Translations under genes and position numbers: made by a program
In this document: positions 40,534-50,764 of the stretch, piece by piece
Position numbering within the stretch: the first letter of the stretch is position 1
Layout: each line of letters opens with the position of its first letter
Assembly: GCA_046483495.1 (NCBI GenBank)
Contig: JAWODC010000018.1
Location: 35,846 to 99,845, forward strand
Direction of reading: 5' to 3'
Length of the DNA: 64,000 nucleotides
From: Desulfobacterales bacterium
GTDB taxonomy: Bacteria > Desulfobacterota > Desulfobacteria > Desulfobacterales > UBA5616
Notes under the pieces: generated by a model
What the model was told of the DNA's origin: nothing
Databases searched by the model: none
Seen by the model: only the letters and a program-made list of their open reading frames with translations

Positions 40534-41973
40534 TCAAACATTCCGAAAGCCCGGCGGGAAATCATCGCGTGATACGGCATCCAGCATTTTTTTGACCCGA
40601 TCGGTGAATGTTCGGCGGCTCTCCTCGTTCAGCGTGCTTTTCCTGGCGCTGATAAAAAATTCGGCGGCTTTCTTTCTCGTCTTGTCGTCCCAGTGGCCGG
40701 TATATCCCATTTTTCCCGTTGATGTCGCCGATTTGTCCGGTACCCTCTCCGAAACGTCCCTGCGGGCATGCGCCCAGTTGATGACCACGGAATAGTAGAT
40801 GAGGGCCCGGTCCAACAGTACGAAAGGAAACTGAAGGTTGTCGTTTGGGCCGACCTGAAGCTGTATACCCCCGACTTTGACGCCGACCACTTTTGCTTTT
40901 GCCATTCGGGAGGCGCCGAATAAGGCGGATCCGGCTCCGGCGATTCCTCCAATAGCCGTAAAAACACCGAACGTCAGCCCGCCGGCCGCCGCATCGACCA
41001 CGCTGCCGAGAACGCCGCCGGCGATCCCCGCGGCAACGGCGAGTTGCCGGGATGTCAAACCCAGAACCTGCCAGATGCGTTTGTCGAAAAGATCCCGGAC
41101 GATGATCGCGTCAGGGGGCAGGGAATAATGAAAAACGTTGTGCTTGAACCGTTTTTTTATCTTCTGATGTGCATTGATCTCGATTTTTTCAATCCCTTCC
41201 CGATATTTCTGTTTCAGATCCTTTTCCGCCGATGAGAGCCGGGCTTCGTCCGGATATGTTTTGGTGACCCGATACTGAAGGCAGCGGGTCAGCATGTCGA
41301 CAATCAGGCGGGCGCACTGGATATTTCTCGCATGCCAGTCCTCCTTGAAGGCCGCTATTACTTTTTCCAGCGCGGGCTGCCAGTCCTGATCGATGGACTT
41401 GAGGCTTTCCAGGAGGTCGATGCGTTCCCGGTAGGTGGCCCGATGGGCGTTGAATACCCGAACGATATTGAAATGTTTACGGAATTCATTTTTCCAGGCT
41501 TCCAGATAGACGTGTTCGTCGGCTTTGGAATTGATGATCGCCATCCTGGGACGGCCTGTCAGTCGAAGAATTTCCATTTCCGCCCTGTCGTCGTTTCGAA
41601 TCGGTCGCGATCCGTCGACGACATATATGATTCCCGCTCCCTCGGCAATGGGCCGCAACAGTTCGCATTCGTCCCTGAAATCCTCATGTTGCCGGTGAGC
41701 CGAAATAAACGATGCCACGATCTGATTATCCGGTCCATGATAATGTCGAAACCAATCGAGCGCTTTTTTGGGTGACTGAAATCCGGGCGTATCCGTAAAC
41801 CGAAGGATTTCCCTTCCGTCGACCACGATCGGGTAATTCTCACACACGATCGTCGTCCCGGGGGCGGCATCGATCCGAACATTGTCATCTTCTGAAAGGG
41901 TGGACACCACGGACGACTTTCCCTCATTCGGATGTCCCACCACGGCAAATACGGGTACAGGGTCATGCATCAT
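40534..41973 (-). CDS. GTPase with DUF3482-like C-terminal domain
   Basis: It has VVGHPNEGKSS, DTPG and YVVD, plus a Gly/Ala-rich hydrophobic hairpin (GIAGGVLGSVVDAAAGGLTFG). It overlaps the upstream stop. The start is 41973 or 41970. Confidence 0.8.
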   Translation of the reverse strand: MMHDPVPVFAVVGHPNEGKSSVVSTLSEDDNVRIDAAPGTTIVCENYPIVVDGREILRFTDTPGFQSPKKALDWFRHYHGPDNQIVASFISAHRQHEDFRDECELLRPIAEGAGIIYVVDGSRPIRNDDRAEMEILRLTGRPRMAIINSKADEHVYLEAWKNEFRKHFNIVRVFNAHRATYRERIDLLESLKSIDQDWQPALEKVIAAFKEDWHARNIQCARLIVDMLTRCLQYRVTKTYPDEARLSSAEKDLKQKYREGIEKIEINAHQKIKKRFKHNVFHYSLPPDAIIVRDLFDKRIWQVLGLTSRQLAVAAGIAGGVLGSVVDAAAGGLTFGVFTAIGGIAGAGSALFGASRMAKAKVVGVKVGGIQLQVGPNDNLQFPFVLLDRALIYYSVVINWAHARRDVSERVPDKSATSTGKMGYTGHWDDKTRKKAAEFFISARKSTLNEESRRTFTDRVKKMLDAVSRDDFPPGFRNV

Positions 41974-43576
41974 GAGAAAGCACCCTTTCACACTGAAGAT
42001 AAGGATCGCGCAAGGCGGCTAATTTCCGTTTCCAGATGGTCCAGTCGGCTTCGGCGATCGGCGTCAGTATCCCTTCCCTCTTGGGTTTGCCGACCAGGCC
42101 GACGTAAATCAAAACGTGGGTTCCGAGCAGGTTTCGAAGCCATTCGATATAGGTAAGTGTCTGTTTGATCGGGGGACGCCATCCTTCGAGCAGCAGGAAA
42201 ACATTCGGGGCTGCATGCCGATGTCGTTCTAAAACGGCTTTAATCGCATCGGCATCCCCCTTTTCATCCAGGGACACAGCGATCATTTCAATCTCCTTCA
42301 AAGAAAAGCGGTTCGGGAAATGCCGGAGCAGCTGTTCGGGACGGCAGGCCCCGTATATGTCGTCCGGGATCAATGCTGCACATCGGGCGTCCTGTTTGAG
42401 AAAGGGGCTCTTTGCACCATTTTCGCTTATGTCGGACGGCATTCGGGAAAAGGTGTTCGCCTCTTTTTCTCTCGATCGGCCGGAAAACACGACAGGTGTC
42501 ATCATTCGAGTCACAACGGCATCGCTTTTAGCATCATTTACTGTCAGCTTCGCAAGTGCCCTCTTCCGAAGCGCAACGCCCGAGGCCAACAGCAAAAGCC
42601 TGGGCAGCAGCCCGTAAAATACGATGCAAAGGCATAGAAAAGGCCACCATGCCGTCAGGTCGGGCGTAGTCAACTGGATGATCCCCTCCTTGAGGACCAT
42701 TCGGCTTCCCTGGATCTGGCTCAACGAGGGGTGTGCCCAATCGGCCGCGATCAGCCCATCCCAGGGGGCTGCGGCCAGACCGACGAGCCGGTGTACAAAC
42801 CCGGCGCTCACGTTCAGTGTGGACTGCCATCCGAAAGCCAGGTCCGTTGCTGCAACCCGGAGCAGCGTGGCGGAAAGTATGCCCACATTGAAGCCGACGG
42901 CGAACATTTGAGCGAGAATGAAAACCGGCCAAAAAAGAAGGGTTCGTCTGAATCGGGTTCTCGCGTAAATTTCGTCCATGGTTGACATCGTGCCGCGCAA
43001 CCTTTCGACACCGATGTTTTTGCGCATATACCCGGCGGCCTTTTTTGCCGATTGAATCAGCATGGCCCCAATGGTTCCGTAAATGGGGGACGGTGAACCG
43101 CCATACCGGAATACCGGCGCCGTCAAGACGGCGAATATCAGCAGGACCAGCAGTATGAACTGGGGCATGAGAAGCAAGGCCAGGTATATGGCGACATTGA
43201 TGGGAGCAACACCGGTATAGTGGAGCAGAGCCATGGCGGAGCCGAATCCGATCAGAATCCCTGCCGAAACCGCCACGATCCGCGAAATGCGATATCCGCT
43301 TTCAAAGGCCGCCCCGGGAAAGGATGGGGCTGTCTTCAGGCCTCGATTTTCCGCCCGTCTTCGGTACGCCACCCATAAACGTAGAGCATTTGAATGTACC
43401 TGTTTAAAAGCCTGCGGCCGTTTGTTCAGAACGGGTTCGATATGCCGGACATACAGGTCCCGATCCCGCTGATGCACATCCTCTTCATCGGCATCTGAAT
43501 CGAGGTGATAAAAATATTCGAGGTCGATGATGTCCCCTGTTTTCCACGGGGGTATGGAATCGATATTGTCCGTCAT
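41963..43576 (-). CDS. DUF2868-like membrane protein
   Basis: It has several TM segments, DLAFGWQSTL, WWPFL..YGLLPRL and EGWRPP. It has an ATGA overlap with the aldolase gene. Confidence 0.8.
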   Translation of the reverse strand: MTDNIDSIPPWKTGDIIDLEYFYHLDSDADEEDVHQRDRDLYVRHIEPVLNKRPQAFKQVHSNALRLWVAYRRRAENRGLKTAPSFPGAAFESGYRISRIVAVSAGILIGFGSAMALLHYTGVAPINVAIYLALLLMPQFILLVLLIFAVLTAPVFRYGGSPSPIYGTIGAMLIQSAKKAAGYMRKNIGVERLRGTMSTMDEIYARTRFRRTLLFWPVFILAQMFAVGFNVGILSATLLRVAATDLAFGWQSTLNVSAGFVHRLVGLAAAPWDGLIAADWAHPSLSQIQGSRMVLKEGIIQLTTPDLTAWWPFLCLCIVFYGLLPRLLLLASGVALRKRALAKLTVNDAKSDAVVTRMMTPVVFSGRSREKEANTFSRMPSDISENGAKSPFLKQDARCAALIPDDIYGACRPEQLLRHFPNRFSLKEIEMIAVSLDEKGDADAIKAVLERHRHAAPNVFLLLEGWRPPIKQTLTYIEWLRNLLGTHVLIYVGLVGKPKREGILTPIAEADWTIWKRKLAALRDPYLQCERVLSHDA

Positions 43577-44745
43577 AGAATACCCGCGGTCCTCAGTCGT
43601 TTTGCATATAACGTCCGGCACTTGATTTCGGTATCGTATAGCATGGAAAACGGCCTGTTGAAATCGTTTTCGCCTGCAGTGAACACGCCGTGCCCGTAAA
43701 CGATTACCGCCGGATACCGCGAGACAGCCGCCGGTACGGTGTTGACGATCGCCTTTTTTCCGGAACCGCTTTCTCCGGGCACGATCGGGATGCCGGCGAC
43801 AAAGCGCTGTTCAGGGCACTGAATGTGGCAGGCACCGGCATGTGGACATCGGTCCCGCTTGTCGCAGATAAGAGACATGATGACGGAAAATTTAGGATGG
43901 CCGTGAAGAATGGCTCGGCAGGGGGTTTCCTTGACAATGCGCATGTGCGTCGGCAGCTCGGATGATGCAGTAATGCCCGTGCAGGCGGATTTGTCCAAAG
44001 GGCAGGCGTCGATGCATTCCGTGAGTTCATCCAGAAAGGCGCCGGTTTGGCTGATGTACAGGGTATCGTCCCACAAATAAGAAATATTGCCCATAACCGA
44101 ATCCACTAGCCCGTATGCCACCACCGGTCTTCCTGCCGAGGCTATGGCTTTCTTGACCGATTCTTCAGATGCAAACGGCCCTTTTGCAAGACCGATAGGG
44201 GCTGTTGGAATGGGTTGGAGGCGACTGTAGATATCCTTGAAGGTTCGAATGCGGTCTTCACTCAGACGGCCTTTTACGGCGTTTTCGGCAAAATCGGAAA
44301 AATAGTTGACGAAGCATGCGAAAACAACAGAGGAAAAATGAATGAATAACTGTTCCGGGCTCACCGTTCCACAGGTCAGAATGCCGTGTCCCTCGATAAT
44401 GACGCTTTTGCGGTGCTTCAGCCGGTCAGCGATAAGGTCGGCTGAAAAAGAGCGCACCACAGGAATATCATGAAAAAAAAGGCGGGTTTCGTTGTCCTTG
44501 AGATGAATGGTGTGTGTATTCTCTTCGATCAGGCAGTCGATAATGCCGCCGTAAGGTTCGGCCGGCCGCGACAGCAGCAGTGAATTGATATTCAATCGAT
44601 CGAAAACCTGCGACAAAATGGAAACCCGGGAATCCGGGCGATTCCAGGTAATGTCGACATCCAGCTCTCCCAGAACAGGTTCTCCCGGAAGGGCGAGATG
44701 CTGTTCGATGAGTTTTTTTTCAAACCGGTCGCTTAACCGTTCCAT
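43573..44745 (-). CDS. Two-domain class II aldolase/adducin family protein
   Basis: The C-domain has GNIS, ASSELPTH, ILHGHP and VIVYGHGVF (Zn ligands). The N-domain looks like a degenerate copy (IIEGHGIL). Confidence 0.85.
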   Translation of the reverse strand: MERLSDRFEKKLIEQHLALPGEPVLGELDVDITWNRPDSRVSILSQVFDRLNINSLLLSRPAEPYGGIIDCLIEENTHTIHLKDNETRLFFHDIPVVRSFSADLIADRLKHRKSVIIEGHGILTCGTVSPEQLFIHFSSVVFACFVNYFSDFAENAVKGRLSEDRIRTFKDIYSRLQPIPTAPIGLAKGPFASEESVKKAIASAGRPVVAYGLVDSVMGNISYLWDDTLYISQTGAFLDELTECIDACPLDKSACTGITASSELPTHMRIVKETPCRAILHGHPKFSVIMSLICDKRDRCPHAGACHIQCPEQRFVAGIPIVPGESGSGKKAIVNTVPAAVSRYPAVIVYGHGVFTAGENDFNRPFSMLYDTEIKCRTLYAKRLRTAGIL

Positions 44746-46484
44746 TCAAGCCCGAGTTCCTTTGTCTTTTCCTTTGTGGGCCCGCCGTTTTCGTCCAGTC
44801 CGCGGATCCGGTAATATGCGCTTCGGGCCGCCAGAAAATCATTTCGGGGAAGGGGGCGGACAACGATCAGACCGTCACTCGACCCCGGTTCGTTGAAAAA
44901 CCGGGCCGGGAGGTCATCGTCGGCAGCAGTGAAGCCATTGAGGTGATTGAAAATACGTTCACGATAAACGATTTTTTCGCCGGTTTTCATCAAATCCTGG
45001 CCGGAGGACAAAACGCCTGTAACGGACGAATACGCTTTGGCATACTCTTCCAAAGCGGCACCGAAAAAAATGAATTTACAGGCGGTGAGTGAATCCACCG
45101 CTGCATTCACATCTTCGGCAATTTTGACGATCCGGGCCTTGCCGCTGAATGTAAACCGGTCGATGGGAACCGGTTTCCGCAAGACTTCACTTCCGATGGT
45201 ATAAGCGCGAAGATGGCATCCTCCCCGTGTGGAAACGGCGTAGGCCAGTGCCATACCGTAAGCGCCGCGGGGATCGTAAGCGGGCAGTTCCTGTTTTTTC
45301 ACCGTCATGGCGGATTCCGGTCTGCCTGCTTTTTGGGCATATGCATACGATCCATTCTTGAGTTCGGCCCCGATCCCCCGGGACAGTGCAATATCTTCCA
45401 GAAAAGTGCAGATCTCATTCCCGATGAGCCGGAGATCATTGATTTCCGCATAGCAGGCCAATGTGGCTCCGGCCGAGATGGTGTCCATTCCCGCATCATT
45501 GCAGATCGCGTTGGCGCGGACCACGATATCCATGTCGTCGTTGCCGATGAGTGCGGAAAAATGGTTCATGGTTTCGAATTCCGGCAGAACAACCCCCGAG
45601 GGGGTAATTTTTTTGCATTGGATATGGCATCCTCGACACCCCGTGTTTTTGGGCGTGTATCGCATCTTGTAGGCATGGGCGTTCATTCGTCCTGCCGCTG
45701 AAAAAAAGGTTTTTCGGAAATTGTCCGTCGGCATCATCCGCCGGCTGCTTGTCAGGTCGTACAGTGCAGCCGTACCATAATTGGTGATTCCCATTTCTCC
45801 CATGATCACCGGTGATGCCGATGCCAGGCGCAGAATGTCTTCCCGGGCGCTTTTCAACCCGTCCGGATCATGCACCTCCGGCTTTTTGCTCCCTTTAACG
45901 GTAATGTACTTGAGGTTTTTCGCTGAAAAGACGAGGCCGAGACCGTTTCTGCCGGCGACATAATGGCCGTCGATGACAACACCGGCGAACCGTACCCCGT
46001 TTTCCGCGGCCGGTCCGGTGGCGGCGGATGCCCCCTTGGTTTTCAGGCCGGCGTGGATGTGGGAAACGGGTCTGCCCGTGAACCGGGCTGCGTCTGTAAA
46101 CACCACCCGGCCGTTGGTGATTTCCATGCCGGTCGGCCGTTTAGCCTTTCCGGTGATGATAATACCGTCAAAACCGGCTTTTTTGAGCTCGGTTCCAAAT
46201 GCACCGCCTACCGAGGCATCGCCGATAGTGCCCGTCAGCGGGCTTTTTGAAGCAATGGTCATGCGGCCGGATGTGGGTGCGAGGGTGGCCGTAAGTGGAC
46301 CTGTAAACAGAACCAGCGGTATTTGGGGGTTATCCCAGCTTTTGGCAGCGTGCGGATGGATAAAAAAACCCGCCATTCCCTTGCCGCCGAGAAACGTTCG
46401 GTATAGTTCAGGATCCGGAAATGTCTCCCGCACGCTTGGCGCAGAAAGATCCACGCTCAAAATTTTTCCTGTCCAACCTTTCAT
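44733..46484 (-). CDS. Aldehyde:ferredoxin oxidoreductase (tungstopterin AOR family)
   Basis: It has GWTGKILSVDLS, KSPLTG, GRNGLG..F.AKNLK, CRGCHIQC, EFET, GMDTIS, DPR and RGGCH. Confidence 0.93.
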   Translation of the reverse strand: MKGWTGKILSVDLSAPSVRETFPDPELYRTFLGGKGMAGFFIHPHAAKSWDNPQIPLVLFTGPLTATLAPTSGRMTIASKSPLTGTIGDASVGGAFGTELKKAGFDGIIITGKAKRPTGMEITNGRVVFTDAARFTGRPVSHIHAGLKTKGASAATGPAAENGVRFAGVVIDGHYVAGRNGLGLVFSAKNLKYITVKGSKKPEVHDPDGLKSAREDILRLASASPVIMGEMGITNYGTAALYDLTSSRRMMPTDNFRKTFFSAAGRMNAHAYKMRYTPKNTGCRGCHIQCKKITPSGVVLPEFETMNHFSALIGNDDMDIVVRANAICNDAGMDTISAGATLACYAEINDLRLIGNEICTFLEDIALSRGIGAELKNGSYAYAQKAGRPESAMTVKKQELPAYDPRGAYGMALAYAVSTRGGCHLRAYTIGSEVLRKPVPIDRFTFSGKARIVKIAEDVNAAVDSLTACKFIFFGAALEEYAKAYSSVTGVLSSGQDLMKTGEKIVYRERIFNHLNGFTAADDDLPARFFNEPGSSDGLIVVRPLPRNDFLAARSAYYRIRGLDENGGPTKEKTKELGLEWNG

Positions 46485-46542
46485 TTTAATCCATGTATGC
46501 TGGAGAGAACAGGTGATTGATGCTTCCTCATATCAAGACGGC

Positions 46543-47208
46543 TCAAACACCTTTTGGAAGGAGAATATCCAGTGCTTTTTTCGGCTTATCGATAACGGCT
46601 CCGGCTCCGGCCGTCTCAAGTTCCTCCTGTGACCGCGTTCCCCATAAAACCCCTACGGGAAACATCCCTGCCGCCCGGGCGGTTTGGATGTCCGTTCCCG
46701 AATCTCCGAGGTACGCGATTCGCTCGCTGGGCACCCCTAAAGCACCGGCGATTTCCAAAGCCCCTGCCGGGTCCGGTTTTCGGGCAACCGAATCGCGCAA
46801 CCCCAGCACCATGTGGAAATGCCAGTCGGACAAAAATCGGTCAACGGATCGGATTGTCAAGGTGTGCCGCTTGTTGGATAAAACCGCCAGCATCAGACGA
46901 TGGCGGGTCAATGCATCGAGCAGCTCCGGTATTCCTTCGTATACGCGGGTGGACTTCCCGAAATTGCGGCTGTAGATTTCGATATAGTCGTTCAGGCAGT
47001 CGGTCATCAGAGGCTCGGATCGCCGATTCTCGGGAAGCGCCCTTTCCACCAGTACGCGGGGGCCCTCGCCGATAAAATGACGGTATCGTTCGATGGGATG
47101 GGTTGGAAGTCCTCTGTTTTTCAAGGCTGTATTCATCGCATCCCCGATTTCCGCAAGGGTGTCCAGCAGGGTCCCGTCCAGGTCAAAGATTACCGCTTTA
47201 TAGGCCAT
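46543..47208 (-). CDS. HAD-family phosphatase (phosphoglycolate phosphatase-like)
   Basis: It has FDLDGTLLDT, LSNK, KPDP and YLGDSGTD. RBS GAGGA precedes 47208. Confidence 0.92.
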   Translation of the reverse strand: MAYKAVIFDLDGTLLDTLAEIGDAMNTALKNRGLPTHPIERYRHFIGEGPRVLVERALPENRRSEPLMTDCLNDYIEIYSRNFGKSTRVYEGIPELLDALTRHRLMLAVLSNKRHTLTIRSVDRFLSDWHFHMVLGLRDSVARKPDPAGALEIAGALGVPSERIAYLGDSGTDIQTARAAGMFPVGVLWGTRSQEELETAGAGAVIDKPKKALDILLPKGV

Positions 47209-47374
47209 TGGCTGTTCCTCTGATTCATATCTTATTTGTCCTTGCCTTGTCATCCCGATTGAATCCAATCTATCACAAACGAAAAAAAATTGAAATCCTG
47301 AGGCATTATGTATATGGTAAGCAAAACCGCCTTTTGCTCCAACACCCTTGCACCTTTTAAGAAACGAAAAAATC

Positions 47375-48325
47375 ATGAGAACGATACCCTACACCAAAGG
47401 ACTTCACCAACTGAATGACGGCGTCTATGCTTATTTGTCGCCGGACGGTTCGTGGGGCTTAAGCAACGCCGGTCTCGTGGTGGACAGCGGTGAATCCCTG
47501 CTTATCGACACTCTTTTCGACACGAAGCTGACGGGCGGGATGCTGTCCGAAATGGCCGCGGCAACTTCTGATGCCCGATCGATCGACACCCTGGTCATTA
47601 CCCATGGAAACGGCGATCATTTTTATGGCAGCGAGCTTCTGCCGAATGCCGAAATCATTGCCTCCACAACATGCTCGGAAGAAATGAAGAATGCTCCGCC
47701 GGAAGGGCTGAGTCGACTGCTGGAAGCGGCGCCGTCGCTTGGACCCGCCGGAGAATTCGCCGCCGAGATGTTCGGCCGGTTTGAATTTAAGGGCTTAAAT
47801 CCCCGTATGCCCACTCGTACGTTCGATGGGCGGATGGAGCTCGGTGTGGGAAAAAAGACGGCGATTCTCATCGAAGTGGGGCCCGCCCATACGAAGGGGG
47901 ATGTGATCATCCATATACCGGAGAACCGGGTTGTATTTGCCGGGGATATGCTGTTTATCGGCGGCACACCGATCATGTGGGCGGGGCCTGCGTCAAACTG
48001 GATTCGGGCCTGTGACCTCATGCTGGATCTTGATGCAAACTATTATGTGCCCGGACATGGACCGGTAACCGACAAGGCGGGTGTGGCGGATGTAAAAGGC
48101 TATATCGAATATATTCATGGCGAGGCATTGAAGCGCTACGAGGCCGGTATGACGCCGCAAGAGACGGCATTCGATATCGATCCGGGGATTTATCGAACGT
48201 GGGGTGACCGGGAGCGCATCGTTGTCAATGTGAATACCCTGTTCAAAGAATTTTCCGGGGAGGAATCTCCGGATGATGTCCTTACACTATTCACGCAAAT
48301 GGCCCGGCTCGCTCAACGGAAGTAA
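47375..48325 (+). CDS. MBL-fold metallo-hydrolase (cyclase-like subgroup)
   Basis: It has SNAGLV, IDTL, THGNGDH, AHTKGD, FAGD and VPGHG. Confidence 0.88.
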   Translation: MRTIPYTKGLHQLNDGVYAYLSPDGSWGLSNAGLVVDSGESLLIDTLFDTKLTGGMLSEMAAATSDARSIDTLVITHGNGDHFYGSELLPNAEIIASTTCSEEMKNAPPEGLSRLLEAAPSLGPAGEFAAEMFGRFEFKGLNPRMPTRTFDGRMELGVGKKTAILIEVGPAHTKGDVIIHIPENRVVFAGDMLFIGGTPIMWAGPASNWIRACDLMLDLDANYYVPGHGPVTDKAGVADVKGYIEYIHGEALKRYEAGMTPQETAFDIDPGIYRTWGDRERIVVNVNTLFKEFSGEESPDDVLTLFTQMARLAQRK

Positions 48326-48337
48326 AAGGAGATCATC

Positions 48338-49783
48338 ATGCCCTTGAAAACCGGGGAAGCATATATCGAATCCATCCGATCGTTGGGCGTTCAGGCCCAT
48401 GTGATGGGGAAAAAACCGGAAGACCTCACCGGCCATCCGCTGGTTTCACCCTCACTCAAGGCCGTTGCGGCCACGTTTGATGGTGCGCACACATCGAAGA
48501 CCAAAAACCTGTTTCGGGTGGTATCGCCGCTCTGCCGGGACGAAGTGAATCGATTTACCCACCTGCACCAAAGCACCGAGGATCTGATGAACAAGGTGGT
48601 GATGCAGCGGCATTGCGGCAATATCACGGGCTGCTGCTTTCAGCGGTGCGTGGGAATGGATGCGGCCAATGCCTTATTCAGCACGACGTTTGAATGCGAC
48701 CAAACACATGGGACGCACTACCACGAGCGGTTCCTCGATTATTGGCGCCGAATACAGGTGGAAGACCTGGTCGTAGACGGCGCCATGACGGACCCAAAAG
48801 GTGACCGGGGTAAACGTCCCAAGGATCAGACGGACCCGGATATGTTTTTAAGGGTGGTGGAAAGGCGCCCGAACGGGGTGGTGGTGCGCGGCGCCAAACT
48901 TCATCAGACCGGAATGCTCAATTCCCATGAAGTCATGGTGATGCCGACGATGCATATGCGGGCCGGTGAAGAAGACTGGGCCATATGCTTTTCCCTGCCG
49001 GTCGATGCCGAAGGGATAAAATATGTATACGGACGGCAGGCCAGCGATACCCGGAAGATGGAGATGGACAAGCCGGATGTGGGGAATCCCCATTACGGCG
49101 GACAGGAAGTCATGACGATTTTCGACGATGTATTTGTCCCAAACGAGCGCATTTTTTTAAACGGCGAGATCGACTTCACCGGAATGCTGGTGGAACGGTT
49201 TGCCGCTTATCACCGCCAAAGCTACGGCGGATGCAAGGTAGGGGTGGGCGATGTCCTTATCGGCGCAGCCGCCCTTATCGCCCGGATGAACGGCGTTGAA
49301 AAAGCTTCTCATATCAAAGATAAGCTTATCGAAATGATCCACCTGAATGAAACCCTGTTCGCCTGCGGCATCGCCTGCTCCGCCAGAGGGCACCGGACTG
49401 CGGCAGGCAATTACGAGATCGATATGCTTTTGGCGAACGTCTGCAAACTCAACGTCACCCGGTTTCCGTATGAACTGGCCCGACTGGCCACGGATATCGC
49501 CGGGGGGCTTTTGGGCACGATGCCCTCTGCCGCTGCACTCGACGACCCGGAAGTCGGACCGTATATACGAAAATACCTGGCCGCCGCCGACGGCGTGGAT
49601 GTGACGGACAGAATAAAGGTTCTCCGCCTTATCGAAAACCTGGTGGCCGGAGCAGGCAGCGTGGCCTACCTGATCGAGTCCATGCACGGCGCCGGCCCGC
49701 CTATGGCTCAACGGATTATGATCGGCCGGCAGGGCGATCTCGAAGAAAAGATCAACCATGTAAAACACATTCTGAGCATGTGA
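48338..49783 (+). CDS. abfD: 4-hydroxybutyryl-CoA dehydratase (AbfD-like, FAD and [4Fe-4S])
   Basis: CFQRCVGMD and HRQSYGGCK supply the Cys/His cluster ligands that distinguish it from HpaB. It also has MTDPKGDR and ESMHGAG. Confidence 0.88.
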   Translation: MPLKTGEAYIESIRSLGVQAHVMGKKPEDLTGHPLVSPSLKAVAATFDGAHTSKTKNLFRVVSPLCRDEVNRFTHLHQSTEDLMNKVVMQRHCGNITGCCFQRCVGMDAANALFSTTFECDQTHGTHYHERFLDYWRRIQVEDLVVDGAMTDPKGDRGKRPKDQTDPDMFLRVVERRPNGVVVRGAKLHQTGMLNSHEVMVMPTMHMRAGEEDWAICFSLPVDAEGIKYVYGRQASDTRKMEMDKPDVGNPHYGGQEVMTIFDDVFVPNERIFLNGEIDFTGMLVERFAAYHRQSYGGCKVGVGDVLIGAAALIARMNGVEKASHIKDKLIEMIHLNETLFACGIACSARGHRTAAGNYEIDMLLANVCKLNVTRFPYELARLATDIAGGLLGTMPSAAALDDPEVGPYIRKYLAAADGVDVTDRIKVLRLIENLVAGAGSVAYLIESMHGAGPPMAQRIMIGRQGDLEEKINHVKHILSM

Positions 49784-49942
49784 TCCTTTCTTGGAGAACG
49801 GTTCAAAAGCAGTTTGAAGGAGTCGCATGGGAATGATGTCGTCTTTGTACTCAGCGAGTGAACGAATGATGTGAAACGGCCTTCAAATGCCGCGCCTGAA
49901 AGCGGCTGCGGAGCGCGTCTCAATTTCAGATAAAGGAGAATC

Positions 49943-50734
49943 ATGGACAACCGGGAGATCCTGTTTACGGTAGAAGATAAGATTGCAACGATAACGCTGA
50001 ATGCCCCACAACGAAAGAATTCCTTTACCATGGAGATGATCGACCTCTGGGTGAAGGCGCTCGAGAATTGGCGCACGGACCCGGAAGTGCGGGTGATTGT
50101 TCTTACGGGAGCCGGGGACGCCTTTTGCAGCGGTGTGTATTTTCAATCCACCGCAGGCGAAAAAGATGTGCAGGAAAATCCCTTTGAAAACAAAAGCCGG
50201 CTTTGGGACCGGATTCACCGCATCGCCCTGACACTGGAAGACATCGACAAGCCGGTCATCGCTGCACTGAACGGTGTCGCCGTGGGTGCCGGACTGGACA
50301 TGGGATTGATGTGCGACATGCGCTTTGCCGCGGATACGGCGCGGTTTTCGGAGGGTTACGTCAAGGTTGGATTCGTGCCCGGTGACGGCGGTGCTTATTA
50401 TCTTCCCCGGCTGGTGGGTGTGGCCAAGGCGCTGGAACTGATGCTCACCGGAGATTTTATTACGGCGGCCGAGGCGGAGCGCATCGGCATGGTTAACCGG
50501 GTGTATCCGTCGGCCGACCTCATGAAAGAAACGTATGCGTTTGCCGGGCGGCTTGCCGACGGCCCGGCCAAGGTGATCCAGATGATCAAAAGGGCCACGT
50601 ATCAAAGCGCCCGGGTGGACTTGAGAACCGCCCTGGATATGATTTCCTCCCACATGGGTGTGATTCGATCTACGGAAGACAGCCGCAACGCCCTGCGGGC
50701 GTCTTATGAACGCCTTAAAAAGAAAGAAAGGTAA
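49943..50734 (+). CDS. Enoyl-CoA hydratase/isomerase
   Basis: It has LTGAGDAFCSG, KPVIAALNGVAVGAG, CDMR and PGDGG. RBS AAGGAG is present. Confidence 0.93.
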   Translation: MDNREILFTVEDKIATITLNAPQRKNSFTMEMIDLWVKALENWRTDPEVRVIVLTGAGDAFCSGVYFQSTAGEKDVQENPFENKSRLWDRIHRIALTLEDIDKPVIAALNGVAVGAGLDMGLMCDMRFAADTARFSEGYVKVGFVPGDGGAYYLPRLVGVAKALELMLTGDFITAAEAERIGMVNRVYPSADLMKETYAFAGRLADGPAKVIQMIKRATYQSARVDLRTALDMISSHMGVIRSTEDSRNALRASYERLKKKER

Positions 50735-50764
50735 GCGGTATACGTACGCTGCTTGTCATGCGGT

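Noticed and set aside
48338..49783. 4-hydroxyphenylacetate 3-monooxygenase (HpaB) annotation
   Set aside because: The Cys/His [4Fe-4S] ligands of AbfD are present, there is no flavin reductase partner, and the context is anaerobic.
49809..49890. Weak inverted repeat (TTTGAAGG/CCTTCAAA) between abfD and the enoyl-CoA hydratase gene
   Set aside because: The arms are short and far apart, which is compatible with chance.
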